NCBI GenBank assembly: GCA_009889635.1
Contig: WTZQ01000003.1
Coordinates: 72,417 to 136,416 of the forward strand
Direction of reading: 5' to 3'
DNA: 64,000 nt
Source: Candidatus Hikarchaeum yamanae
Lineage (GTDB): Archaea; Halobacteriota; Halobacteria; Halobacteriales; Hikarchaeaceae
Shown here: one piece after another, positions 7,605-16,305 of the stretch
Layout of the letters: every line of letters begins with the position of its first letter
Numbering within the stretch: the first letter of the stretch is position 1
Program-made: the position numbers and the translations under genes
Notes under the pieces: model-generated
What the model was told of the DNA's origin: nothing
Seen by the model: the letters and a program-made list of their open reading frames with translations, nothing else
Database searches by the model: none

Positions 7605-8935
7605 GATGCTGATTTAAAGAGCTCCAATGTTCTTCTAACTTCGCTTTTATGGTCTATGATAGGTTCAGGGTAAGTAGAACACCCATTCCAGTTATGTATT
7701 TTTTTAGAAGAATAATCCCTAAGTTCTGGAATCCATTCTTTGATATACTTACATTCTTTATCGAATCGTTCTTGCTGCCTCCAGGGATTAAATATTCTAA
7801 AATAAGGCTGTGCGTCACATCCGGTGCTGGCAGCCCATTGCCAACTTCCATTATTTACACAGGGATCATAATCAATTAGATTTTGTGCAAAATATTTTTC
7901 ACCCCATTGCCAATTGATACGTAGTGATTTTGTTAGGAAACTAGAAACTACCATTCGCATACGGTTGTGCATCCACCCAGTGGTGTTCAACTGCCTCATT
8001 CCTGCATCCACTATTGGGAATCCAGTAAGCCCAGTGCACCATTTTTCAAAGTGGTCTGCATTGGTTGACCATTGGATTTGGTCATATTTTTTACGGAAAT
8101 TGCTACCAAAAACGTGGGGGTGGTGAAATGCTATGTGGGTGTAAAAATCGCGCCATATTAATTGAGTTATCAATGCGTGATTTTTTCCAAATTGGTTTTT
8201 AATGGCGTGATAAAGTTCTCGGACGCTGATTGTGCCGAACTTATTGTGTGCAGAGAGGCCGGTAGTACAAGATAAGAATGGATAATTACGTTTGTCGGAG
8301 TAGTTTTTGAATTGAGTTATACCGTCAAGTATACGGATAGCTTTTTTTCGACCGCCTCTAACGAAAATATCTTCATTATTGTTAGTTTTTAACGTGGTGA
8401 TAGGGAGATTGTCAAGGTCTATTTTAGAGTAATTGGAATGGTTATTAGAAATGGGAATTGGTATCTTCTTTTGAATTACATTTTTATAAAATGGAGTGAA
8501 AACTTGATAAGTTCCTCCAGTTTTAGTAGATACATTTTCAGGACGGTGTAACAACAAATCGTCGCAGAGAACAAATTTTTTACCAGATTCTAAACATAAA
8601 TTTTGAATCGAATTGTCCCGATTAATGCTAAAAGGTGTATAGTCTCTATTGAGATATACTGCATCCACGTGAGCCAATAATTGAGAAATTACTTGTTCGC
8701 CATTTCCTTTAAATAAATATAATAAAGAATCATTTTTTAAAAGTTCAGAATTGAGTTCTCGTAAACTTTCAAACATAAACTGAATCGCATTTAAGCTCCG
8801 ATATTCATTGAATTCTAATTGCCGGGGGTCGAGTATAAAACAAGGAATTACTTCATCGCTATCTGAAAGTGCTTGGATTAAAGCAGTATTATCCTCCAAT
8901 CTCAAGTCCCGTCTGAATACAAATAGGCTTTTCAT
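7601..8935 (-). CDS. phr: deoxyribodipyrimidine photolyase (class I CPD)
   Basis: FRRDLRLEDN, QLIWRDFY, TGFPIVDAGMRQL..TGWMHNRMRM, DYD...NNGSWQW, FRIFNP. Confidence 0.93.
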   Translation of the reverse strand: MKSLFVFRRDLRLEDNTALIQALSDSDEVIPCFILDPRQLEFNEYRSLNAIQFMFESLRELNSELLKNDSLLYLFKGNGEQVISQLLAHVDAVYLNRDYTPFSINRDNSIQNLCLESGKKFVLCDDLLLHRPENVSTKTGGTYQVFTPFYKNVIQKKIPIPISNNHSNYSKIDLDNLPITTLKTNNNEDIFVRGGRKKAIRILDGITQFKNYSDKRNYPFLSCTTGLSAHNKFGTISVRELYHAIKNQFGKNHALITQLIWRDFYTHIAFHHPHVFGSNFRKKYDQIQWSTNADHFEKWCTGLTGFPIVDAGMRQLNTTGWMHNRMRMVVSSFLTKSLRINWQWGEKYFAQNLIDYDPCVNNGSWQWAASTGCDAQPYFRIFNPWRQQERFDKECKYIKEWIPELRDYSSKKIHNWNGCSTYPEPIIDHKSEVRRTLELFKSAS

Positions 8936-8983
8936 TTGTTTTATTTAAAACATATAAACAAAATAATGCTATATGGGATTTTA

Positions 8984-9670
8984 CTAGTCGTAAGTCCTAG
9001 CAATGACCCGAGTAGGTGCTGCTTCAAATCCAGTGATCGGAAGCGGCAAGCAGAATAAATCAATTGATTTCTCTTCAACAACCTTGTCTGTGTTGCACAG
9101 ATACTCGGGTATGGCTATGTCTGCACCGCACAAGAGATTGTGTACTGGTCGGTCGGCGTCGAATGTTTTAGTTTTTGCATCTTTAGTTGATTCGGTTACA
9201 AAATCATTTGCAGCCATTCGGACCCCTTTATCAACTAACCATTTTGCCCCATCTACAGAGAAACAGGCTCCTTCTTCGAATAAAGTTTTAATTTGGGGAT
9301 TTTCTGCACGGTGGAAGTATTTGTCAACGTCTCCCGTAATCATAAGAAGTCGGTCTCCTTTTTCAATATGGGATGCCTCTTTTTCGAGTATATCTGAAGT
9401 AATATATTCTCCCGAATACTCACGAAGATCTATTACTTGTGCAGGGCCGATAAGCACATCAAGTTCTATTTGGTCGATGGTTCTCCCACCTCCAATATAA
9501 TGTGCTGCAGCATCCATGTGAGTACCGACGTGTGTACTTTGGCTGAAACTATGAACGGCAGCTGCATGTCCTTGTTCTATGCTCAGTATTGTTTCTGCTT
9601 TAAATGCATTTCCCCCACCAGGAATTAATATCGTGTCATCATTGAGAGGAAGTGTTAGGTCGTATAACAT
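8984..9670 (-). CDS. cyclase family metal hydrolase (kynurenine formamidase-like)
   Basis: HVGTHMDAAAH (HxGTHxDxxxH) motif and C-terminal LPLPITGFEAAPTRVIA; start moved to ATG 9670. Confidence 0.85.
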   Translation of the reverse strand: MLYDLTLPLNDDTILIPGGGNAFKAETILSIEQGHAAAVHSFSQSTHVGTHMDAAAHYIGGGRTIDQIELDVLIGPAQVIDLREYSGEYITSDILEKEASHIEKGDRLLMITGDVDKYFHRAENPQIKTLFEEGACFSVDGAKWLVDKGVRMAANDFVTESTKDAKTKTFDADRPVHNLLCGADIAIPEYLCNTDKVVEEKSIDLFCLPLPITGFEAAPTRVIARTYD

Positions 9671-9758
9671 TATAACTAAGAAAACGCAGTTGCCCAAGAT
9701 ATAAGTTCGGATTGGACTATTGGTAAGTGCTATTTTCTCTGAAGTGGACTTTCATAGT

Positions 9759-10148
9759 ATGACTGTAGTTATACATCCAAAAAATATGCCAGATACCGTA
9801 TCAAGGGGCTATAGCCAGGCTAGAATAGATAAAGGACACATATCCATTTCGGGAATGGTAGGAAGAGTTGGGGAATTTAAACCAGTTGGGGCAAACATGA
9901 CGAGTCAAGCCAGGCAGGCATTTGCAAATATTGAAACTATATTGGCAGAAATGGATAAAAATTTAAGTGACATTTCAAAGGTAACTAGTTATTTAATCGA
10001 GCCTCGAAAACATCTTCAAGAGTATAGTGATGTTTGGAAAGAAGTTTTTACAGAAGAACCATATCCATGCCACACATTAATTGGAGTGCATCAGCTAGTT
10101 CAGGAGGCATATTTGGTAGAAATTGATGTCGAAATTGCTAGTGGTTAA
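9759..10148 (+). CDS. RidA/YjgF/UK114 family protein
   Basis: GYSQA, ISGMVG, QARQAFANI, LVEIDVEI; His (PCHT) replaces the catalytic Arg. Confidence 0.85.
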   Translation: MTVVIHPKNMPDTVSRGYSQARIDKGHISISGMVGRVGEFKPVGANMTSQARQAFANIETILAEMDKNLSDISKVTSYLIEPRKHLQEYSDVWKEVFTEEPYPCHTLIGVHQLVQEAYLVEIDVEIASG

Positions 10149-10192
10149 TGATCAAGACAATTATCTACTTTTACTGCTAAAAAGGAATAATA

Positions 10193-11227
10193 ATGATTGA
10201 TACGATATTGTATTTGACCACAGAAGATTTGATAGATTTGGCAGATCCAGAAGATTATGTTAATGCGACAAGGGATGCCTACAGAGAACGTGGGCATGGT
10301 GCCCCGTCGAATGCGCCTTCAGCACTAGCAACAGAAGATCCAAATACGGATTTAACTGGGTATATGTCTATGTTGCCAGAAATGGGATACATGGGGTACT
10401 ATGTGTACTCTGTTGGAGGTCCTGAGAGAGATGGTTGGTTCACATGCCCATTATGGGACATAAAAACTGGAAAAATGCTCGCTATATTAGATGGATCGTA
10501 TTGGAATCCTCTTAAAACAGGGGCATCAAGTGCAATTGCTTCTGAAGTGCTCGCAAGAGAAGATTCTGAAAGTGTGGGGATAATCGGGACTAGTCGTGTT
10601 TCATATGGTGCACTCCAAACACTAGCTGTCGTTCGAGATATCACTAGTGTGAAAGTATATTCTAGAAAGTCTGACAATCGAGAAGCATTTTGTAAAACAA
10701 TTGAAAAGGACATGGGGTTTGATGCAAAACCTGTCGATTCCAGTGATGGTGCTGTTGATGATGTGGATATTTTGGTTACGGCGACGGTTGCTTCTGATCC
10801 CGTTTTTGATGGATCAAGGCTCAGTCCAGGAATCCATGTGAATGCAATGGGTCAATCGGGGCACGAAAGAGAGCTGGATATAGAAGCGATTTGTAAAGCG
10901 GATAAATATGTCCCAGATCTTAGAGAGCGAGTTTTTGCACATGGTGTACAAGAACGACTTCGAATGGCAGGGGGATTTCTGGCAGCATATAATGCTGGTC
11001 GAGTGGGTGAAAATCACATATATGCAGAAATAGGAGATATAATTTCAGGGCGTATTCCAGGAAGAACAAGTGCAGAAGAAATTACAATTTTTGACAGTAC
11101 AGGAGTGGGTGTTGAAACTGTTGCATCTGCGGCCATGTTATATGAAAAGGCGATAAAAGAGGGATTGGGCATTGAGCTTCCAATGACATCCTATAAAAAT
11201 GCCACCCCCGGAACTGGAAAAATATAA
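10193..11227 (+). CDS. ornithine cyclodeaminase/mu-crystallin family protein
   Basis: WNPLKTGA, DILVTAT, GIHVNAMG, EITIFDSTG. Confidence 0.88.
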   Translation: MIDTILYLTTEDLIDLADPEDYVNATRDAYRERGHGAPSNAPSALATEDPNTDLTGYMSMLPEMGYMGYYVYSVGGPERDGWFTCPLWDIKTGKMLAILDGSYWNPLKTGASSAIASEVLAREDSESVGIIGTSRVSYGALQTLAVVRDITSVKVYSRKSDNREAFCKTIEKDMGFDAKPVDSSDGAVDDVDILVTATVASDPVFDGSRLSPGIHVNAMGQSGHERELDIEAICKADKYVPDLRERVFAHGVQERLRMAGGFLAAYNAGRVGENHIYAEIGDIISGRIPGRTSAEEITIFDSTGVGVETVASAAMLYEKAIKEGLGIELPMTSYKNATPGTGKI

Positions 11228-11233
11228 ATAAGA

Positions 11234-12277
11234 TTACCAGTCGGTTGCGATGTAATCGGTGAATCCAAATGATTCTTCTGCAGAGTAGAACTCGATCTCA
11301 GTTCCTATTCCTGCTTTAACAGCTTTTTCATACAATAGTTTTCCACCAGCGACCGCTTCGGGTCCAGATCCTGTTGAATCAAATAGAGTTACCTCAGTTT
11401 CAGATTCTCGGCCAGGATATTTATCTGCTAGAACTTCACCCAGTTCTGCATAGTAGTGGGTATCAAAATCAATGAATCCGTGGTTTGCGGCATAGATATA
11501 GGCACCTTGGGATCGTAGAGTTCTTGCTTTTATATCAGAGACCCACTTGGCTTGTTTGACAGTTACCTCATCTACTTCTCGTTTGTCGGCTTCACTTCCC
11601 TGCCCTACTGCATTTACATGAACACCTTCTTTCATTTTGGACCCATCGAATACAGGATCTGACGCTTTTGTTGCAGTGACAATAATATCAGCATTTTCAA
11701 TTGCCGCGTCGCTAGAATCTACGGAAATTATATCGCATTTAACGAAATCTTGCATTGTCTTAGCAAACTTTTCCCTATGCTCTTTGTTGGGAGAATAGAC
11801 ATATGCATGTTCGATATCACGAACGTGTTCGATGGCGACTAGTTGACCTTTTGATTGTTCTCCACTTCCAATTAGGGCAACAACTGAAGAATCTTCTCTT
11901 GCTAAAGCATCCACACCAACTGCACCAACTGCACCTGTTTTGAGAGGATTCCAGCTAGCCCCATCAATTACTGCTAGTGGTTCTCCAATACTGCTATACA
12001 ATTGATTTAAATACCACCCCTCGGTTGCAGAGGAAGGGCACATTGTGTACATACCCATGACATTCGAGTCGGGCATACTAGCCCCATATGTGACAAGACT
12101 AGCTGCTTTTCCATATCGAGGTGTTGGACCGGCATCGCTTGAGATTACTTGCGATGGTTTTGCAGACGCACCTTCTCCTCTTTGACGGTATCCATCCCGA
12201 ATGGCTTCAATAAATTCTTCCATTGTTGCTAATCCGGCAACATCTTTGCCAGAAAGAAATAATGCTTTTTGAGACAT
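11234..12277 (-). CDS. ornithine cyclodeaminase/mu-crystallin family protein (paralog)
   Basis: WNPLKTGA, IGSGEQS, DIIVTAT, VTLFDSTG. Confidence 0.88.
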   Translation of the reverse strand: MSQKALFLSGKDVAGLATMEEFIEAIRDGYRQRGEGASAKPSQVISSDAGPTPRYGKAASLVTYGASMPDSNVMGMYTMCPSSATEGWYLNQLYSSIGEPLAVIDGASWNPLKTGAVGAVGVDALAREDSSVVALIGSGEQSKGQLVAIEHVRDIEHAYVYSPNKEHREKFAKTMQDFVKCDIISVDSSDAAIENADIIVTATKASDPVFDGSKMKEGVHVNAVGQGSEADKREVDEVTVKQAKWVSDIKARTLRSQGAYIYAANHGFIDFDTHYYAELGEVLADKYPGRESETEVTLFDSTGSGPEAVAGGKLLYEKAVKAGIGTEIEFYSAEESFGFTDYIATDW

Positions 12278-12388
12278 ATTACTTTCACTTAAAAAAGTCG
12301 CGAGGTTAACTCTTATGATTTTCCAAATATTATGATTTTTCCCCTCTGCGATACTATAAGTAAAAAGTTAAGGGTTTTTTGAATAGAA

Positions 12389-13309
12389 ATGAGTAACATT
12401 TGTAGAATAGAAATTGACTCGACGAAAAAAAGTCCAGAAGCAAAAGTACTGGAGAATGCACTTGCAATAGAGGGGCATGAAGTTTCGATAGAAACCTCCA
12501 AGGTTTACACGGTTGAGTATGATTTTTCAGAGGGACAATTTAAACAGATAGCTGCGGCCCTTCACAACCCAATTACAGAGTTTCCACGAATAAATGAGCC
12601 TGCAGACAAGAAGTTTGATTTTGTGCTTGAATTGGGATTACTACCGGGAGTAACAGATAACGTCGCGAACACTACTACTGAAATAATAAATGATTTGTTC
12701 AAGACCGAAATTGGGAGAAACAAAGTCTTCTCATCTAAACTCTTGTTTATATCAGGAAACGTCACAAAAGAAAATATAAAAAAAATTGCATTAGGACTCA
12801 CAAACGTTCTGACCGAGCGGCACCACATCAAGTCACATACAACATATTTTGAAGACGGAGGAATGGACAAAACAATTCCAACAGTTCATCTGAAACAAAG
12901 TATGGGAGTTTTAGAGATAGATCTAGACGTGGATGAAGAGGAATTGAGAGAGTTGGGGAAAAAAGGAATATTCGATCCTGAAACAAATGTGAGAAGAGGT
13001 CCACTTGCATTGAGCATAGATTATTTGAAAGCTATAAAAGAATATTATGAAAAGGAAGGACGAAAACCTACAGACATAGAACTAGAGTCAATCGCACAAA
13101 CATGGTCAGAGCACTGTAAGCACACAATTTTTGCGTCGCAAATAGACGATATAGAAGAAGGAATTTTCAAACGGTACATAAAGAAGGCAACAGAAAATAT
13201 AAGGGAAGATCTAGGTGACATAAAGGAAAAAATTTCAAAGATTGAAGGTGTTGGTTCTTTTGTTATCGATGTGACCGATAAACCCCCTGCAACAACTTGT
13301 TGGGAGTAA
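12389..13309 (+). pseudogene. chimeric ORF: N-terminal third of large-type PurL fused to the C-terminal tail of GMP synthase
   Basis: PurL motifs LPGVTDN and PTDIELESIAQTWSEHCKHTIF, followed after about aa 275 by the GuaA-like terminus VIDVTDKPPATTCWE. Confidence 0.7.
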
Positions 13310-13378
13310 AATTATAAACCAGGGAAAACTATTCCATCCAATGGAAATCACGATAGAGAAGAAGTTGGGAGGCAGCAA

Positions 13379-13669
13379 ATGGTGACAAAGTCAGATCCAT
13401 ACCAAACTGAAGATCCATCAATTATTCGGAAACATCCATTTGTGTTTTTGATCTCATTTCCGGCTTTGTTGTACGTGTTGTACGTTATAGCCCCGTATTT
13501 ATTCCCACATCTGCCATATTTCTATCTCTATATGAGCAATCCTGTCACCTCCATTATTTTCATAGTTGGTGGCTTGGTTGTGCTATTTCTTCTTAGTTGG
13601 GTCATAACAGCAATATGGGCAGGTATAACAGGTGGGAAGGGATGGTTCGGGAGAGACAGATCATATTGA
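13379..13669 (+). CDS. small hypothetical membrane protein
   Basis: Two hydrophobic segments; GGGAGG upstream. Confidence 0.65.
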   Translation: MVTKSDPYQTEDPSIIRKHPFVFLISFPALLYVLYVIAPYLFPHLPYFYLYMSNPVTSIIFIVGGLVVLFLLSWVITAIWAGITGGKGWFGRDRSY

Positions 13670-13792
13670 AATCGCCGGGGGAAGAATAACGGTTTATTGG
13701 TACTATCTATAATTTGGAACCCCTGAATTCAAATCTCTAAGATCCAGGGATAAAATTTTAATTACTGTTGCATCCCATAGAGTCCGTATATT

Positions 13793-14404
13793 ATGAAGAA
13801 ATCTCACCTTCTTGTCATCGTAGCGGCACTTTGTCTCATCATTTCGGGGTGTTCAGGTGGGGCGGTAGAAGATATTTCTCCAGTATATTTCCCAGACACT
13901 CCTACTCCTACTCCTACTCCTGCTCCTACTCCTACTCCTGCTCCTACTCCTGCTCCTACTCCTACTCCTGCTCCTACTCCTGCTCCTACTCCTGCTCCTA
14001 CTCCTACTCCCACACCTATTCCTACTCCTCCTGCCCCTGCTCCTTCGGGTGTAACCGAATCTATGGACCAAGAATTACCTGATTGTGAAACACTCTATGG
14101 TGCAGACGGATATTGGGATAATTGTCAAGGGGATCTGACCCTCCCCAATGGTGACCAATATGTGGGTGAATTCAAAAATGATTTATTCCATGGTCAAGGG
14201 ACTTTGACCTACGATGATGGTCACAAATATGTGGGTGAATGGAAAAATGGTAAGAAACGTGGGCAAGGGACCATAACCTGGGTAGATGGTGCCCAATATG
14301 TGGGTGAATGGAAAGATGGTTTATTCCATGGTCAAGGGACTTACACCCACGCAGATGGTACCCAAGAGGAAGGCATTTGGGAAGATGGTAACTTTCTAGG
14401 GTAA
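13793..14404 (+). CDS. lipoprotein with Pro/Thr linker and MORN repeats
   Basis: MKK plus hydrophobic stretch and ISGC lipobox; PT/PA linker; three Y.GE(F/W)K.....GQGT repeats. Confidence 0.85.
   Translation: MKKSHLLVIVAALCLIISGCSGGAVEDISPVYFPDTPTPTPTPAPTPTPAPTPAPTPTPAPTPAPTPAPTPTPTPIPTPPAPAPSGVTESMDQELPDCETLYGADGYWDNCQGDLTLPNGDQYVGEFKNDLFHGQGTLTYDDGHKYVGEWKNGKKRGQGTITWVDGAQYVGEWKDGLFHGQGTYTHADGTQEEGIWEDGNFLG
13898..14044 (+). repeat. 6-nt tandem repeat (CCTACT/CCTGCT) encoding the PT/PA linker
   Basis: Directly visible tandem array. Confidence 0.95.
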
Positions 14405-14459
14405 AACTATGGTAGAGAAGAAGATCCTAACACGAAGAGTATTCGTATTAAAAACCGAG

Positions 14460-14534
14460 TGGGACTGCCCAGATTTGAACTGGGGACCTCCACCATGTCA
14501 AGGTGACGTCATAACCAGACTAGACCACAGTCCC
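14460..14534 (-). tRNA. tRNA-Val(GAC)
   Basis: GGGACTG/CAGTCCC acceptor; anticodon arm TCACC-TTGACAT-GGTGG; T-loop TTCAAAT; no encoded CCA. Confidence 0.95.
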
Positions 14535-14659
14535 GTGTAGTTTTCTGGAACCCCTGAAGGCAATTCAAAGTTTCGAATAGGAAAAGGGGGCTCCGTTAAG
14601 TTTAATACTATGTACAAAATAGTTCATTAAAGGACATATAAAGTCATTGAGGATATAAA

Positions 14660-15664
14660 ATGCAAGAGTATATTGAACGTGTGACAGAGGGAACCGATCT
14701 GACGCAACAAGAATCGAGGAATGCAGCTAAAATACTATTTGAAAATGCTACAGATGCACAGATAGGAGCTTTGTTGACAGCTTTGCGATCGAAAGGAGAG
14801 ACAGAAGGTGAAATTGCAGGGTTTGCCGAAGGTATGCGGGATGTGGCACGTAGGATTCATCCAAAAAGAGACCCACTGGTCGATACATGCGGAACTGGAG
14901 GAGATGGGAAAAATACAATTAACGTGTCGACAGCGAGTGCAATTGTTGCGAGTGGGGCAGGAGTTGCTATAGCCAAACACGGAAACTATTCTGTTTCATC
15001 TTCATCGGGTAGTGCAGATGTGTTATCTGCATTGGGAGTAAGAGTTAATGCAGAACCAGAATTGGTTGAAACGTCTATAGAAAAACACGGGATCGGGTTC
15101 ATGTTGGCCCCAGTATTCCACCCTGCGATGAAAGCGGTCATAGGACCTAGGAAGGAGTTGGGAATGCGCACTATTTTTAACATACTTGGGCCTTTAACAA
15201 ACCCAGCAGGGGCTAGTGCACAAACAATTGGGGTATATTCTGAAGAATTGGTCCCCCTAGTTTCTAGGGCTCTGAAAAAAATGAATGTTAAAAATGCAAT
15301 GGTAGTACATGGATCGGGATTGGATGAAATAACGATTCACGATTCGACCTATGTTTCAGAAATAGAAAATGGAAAAATCAAAGAATATACCATAACCCCA
15401 GAAGAATTTGGGATAGATAGGAGTTCATTAAAAGAGATAAAGGGCGGGAGTCCCGAGAGAAATGCGAGCGACATACTTGAGATAATTGATGGAAAATTAA
15501 CAGGAGCAAAGCTTGACATAATCTTATTAAATTCAGCTGCTGCAATTTATGTTTCGGGGATTGCAGATTCGGTGTTGGATGGAATTGAATGTGCTCAAAA
15601 ATCAATTGCGGATGGATCTGCAAAAAATAAGCTCTCCGCATTAAAAAAATCCAGAGATCGATGA
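14660..15664 (+). CDS. trpD: anthranilate phosphoribosyltransferase
   Basis: DTCGTGGDG, NVST, KHGN, SGSADVL, RTIFNILGPLTNP. Confidence 0.96.
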   Translation: MQEYIERVTEGTDLTQQESRNAAKILFENATDAQIGALLTALRSKGETEGEIAGFAEGMRDVARRIHPKRDPLVDTCGTGGDGKNTINVSTASAIVASGAGVAIAKHGNYSVSSSSGSADVLSALGVRVNAEPELVETSIEKHGIGFMLAPVFHPAMKAVIGPRKELGMRTIFNILGPLTNPAGASAQTIGVYSEELVPLVSRALKKMNVKNAMVVHGSGLDEITIHDSTYVSEIENGKIKEYTITPEEFGIDRSSLKEIKGGSPERNASDILEIIDGKLTGAKLDIILLNSAAAIYVSGIADSVLDGIECAQKSIADGSAKNKLSALKKSRDR

Positions 15665-16305
15665 TGACAAAAACTAAAATTTGCGGAATTACGAATGAGG
15701 ACGATTTGGTTGCTTCGATAGAATGTGGAGCCAATTATGTTGGATTTATTGTGGATATTTCTGTAGAATCACATAGGAAAATATCTCCGAAATTTGCGAA
15801 TGAATTAGTTTCAAAGGTACCATCGGGTGTGACTACGACTATGGTTACTATTTTAGAAGATGTAGATAGGACACTTGATTTTTTTGAACAAGTTGGTGCA
15901 GATGCATTGCAGATACATGGTGATCTTACACTCGATGTAATTCAAAAAGTTTCAGATTCAATTGATGGAAAATTAATTGTTTCAGTGGATCCGAATGCCA
16001 CAATTTCTAATCAACTTGAGGGTATTTCGAATGCTGCGCTTTGCGATTCTCAGAGAGAAAAGGGTGCAGGAGGAACCGGGAAGGTAACTGACTGGGAATC
16101 GGTTAGAAAATTTAGAGAGAAAACTAAACTTCCAGTTATACTTGCAGGGGGTTTAACACCTCAAAATGTATCTCATGCCATCAGTTTGGTAAAACCATTT
16201 GCAGTGGATGTGGCAAGTGGGGTTGAGGGCCCAAATGGATTAAAAGACCATAGTGCAATTCGTGAATTTATAACCAATGTTCATAAAGCAGAAGGGGGAA
16301 AATGA
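15661..16305 (+). CDS. trpF: phosphoribosylanthranilate isomerase
   Basis: KICGIT, QIHG, GGTG, LAGGL, VDVASGVE. Confidence 0.95.
   Translation: MMTKTKICGITNEDDLVASIECGANYVGFIVDISVESHRKISPKFANELVSKVPSGVTTTMVTILEDVDRTLDFFEQVGADALQIHGDLTLDVIQKVSDSIDGKLIVSVDPNATISNQLEGISNAALCDSQREKGAGGTGKVTDWESVRKFREKTKLPVILAGGLTPQNVSHAISLVKPFAVDVASGVEGPNGLKDHSAIREFITNVHKAEGGK

Noticed and set aside
13768-14082. SR-rich, GV/GA-rich and SY/SC-rich ORFs
   Set aside because: Alternative-frame readings of the CCTACT/CCTGCT tandem repeat in the MORN lipoprotein.
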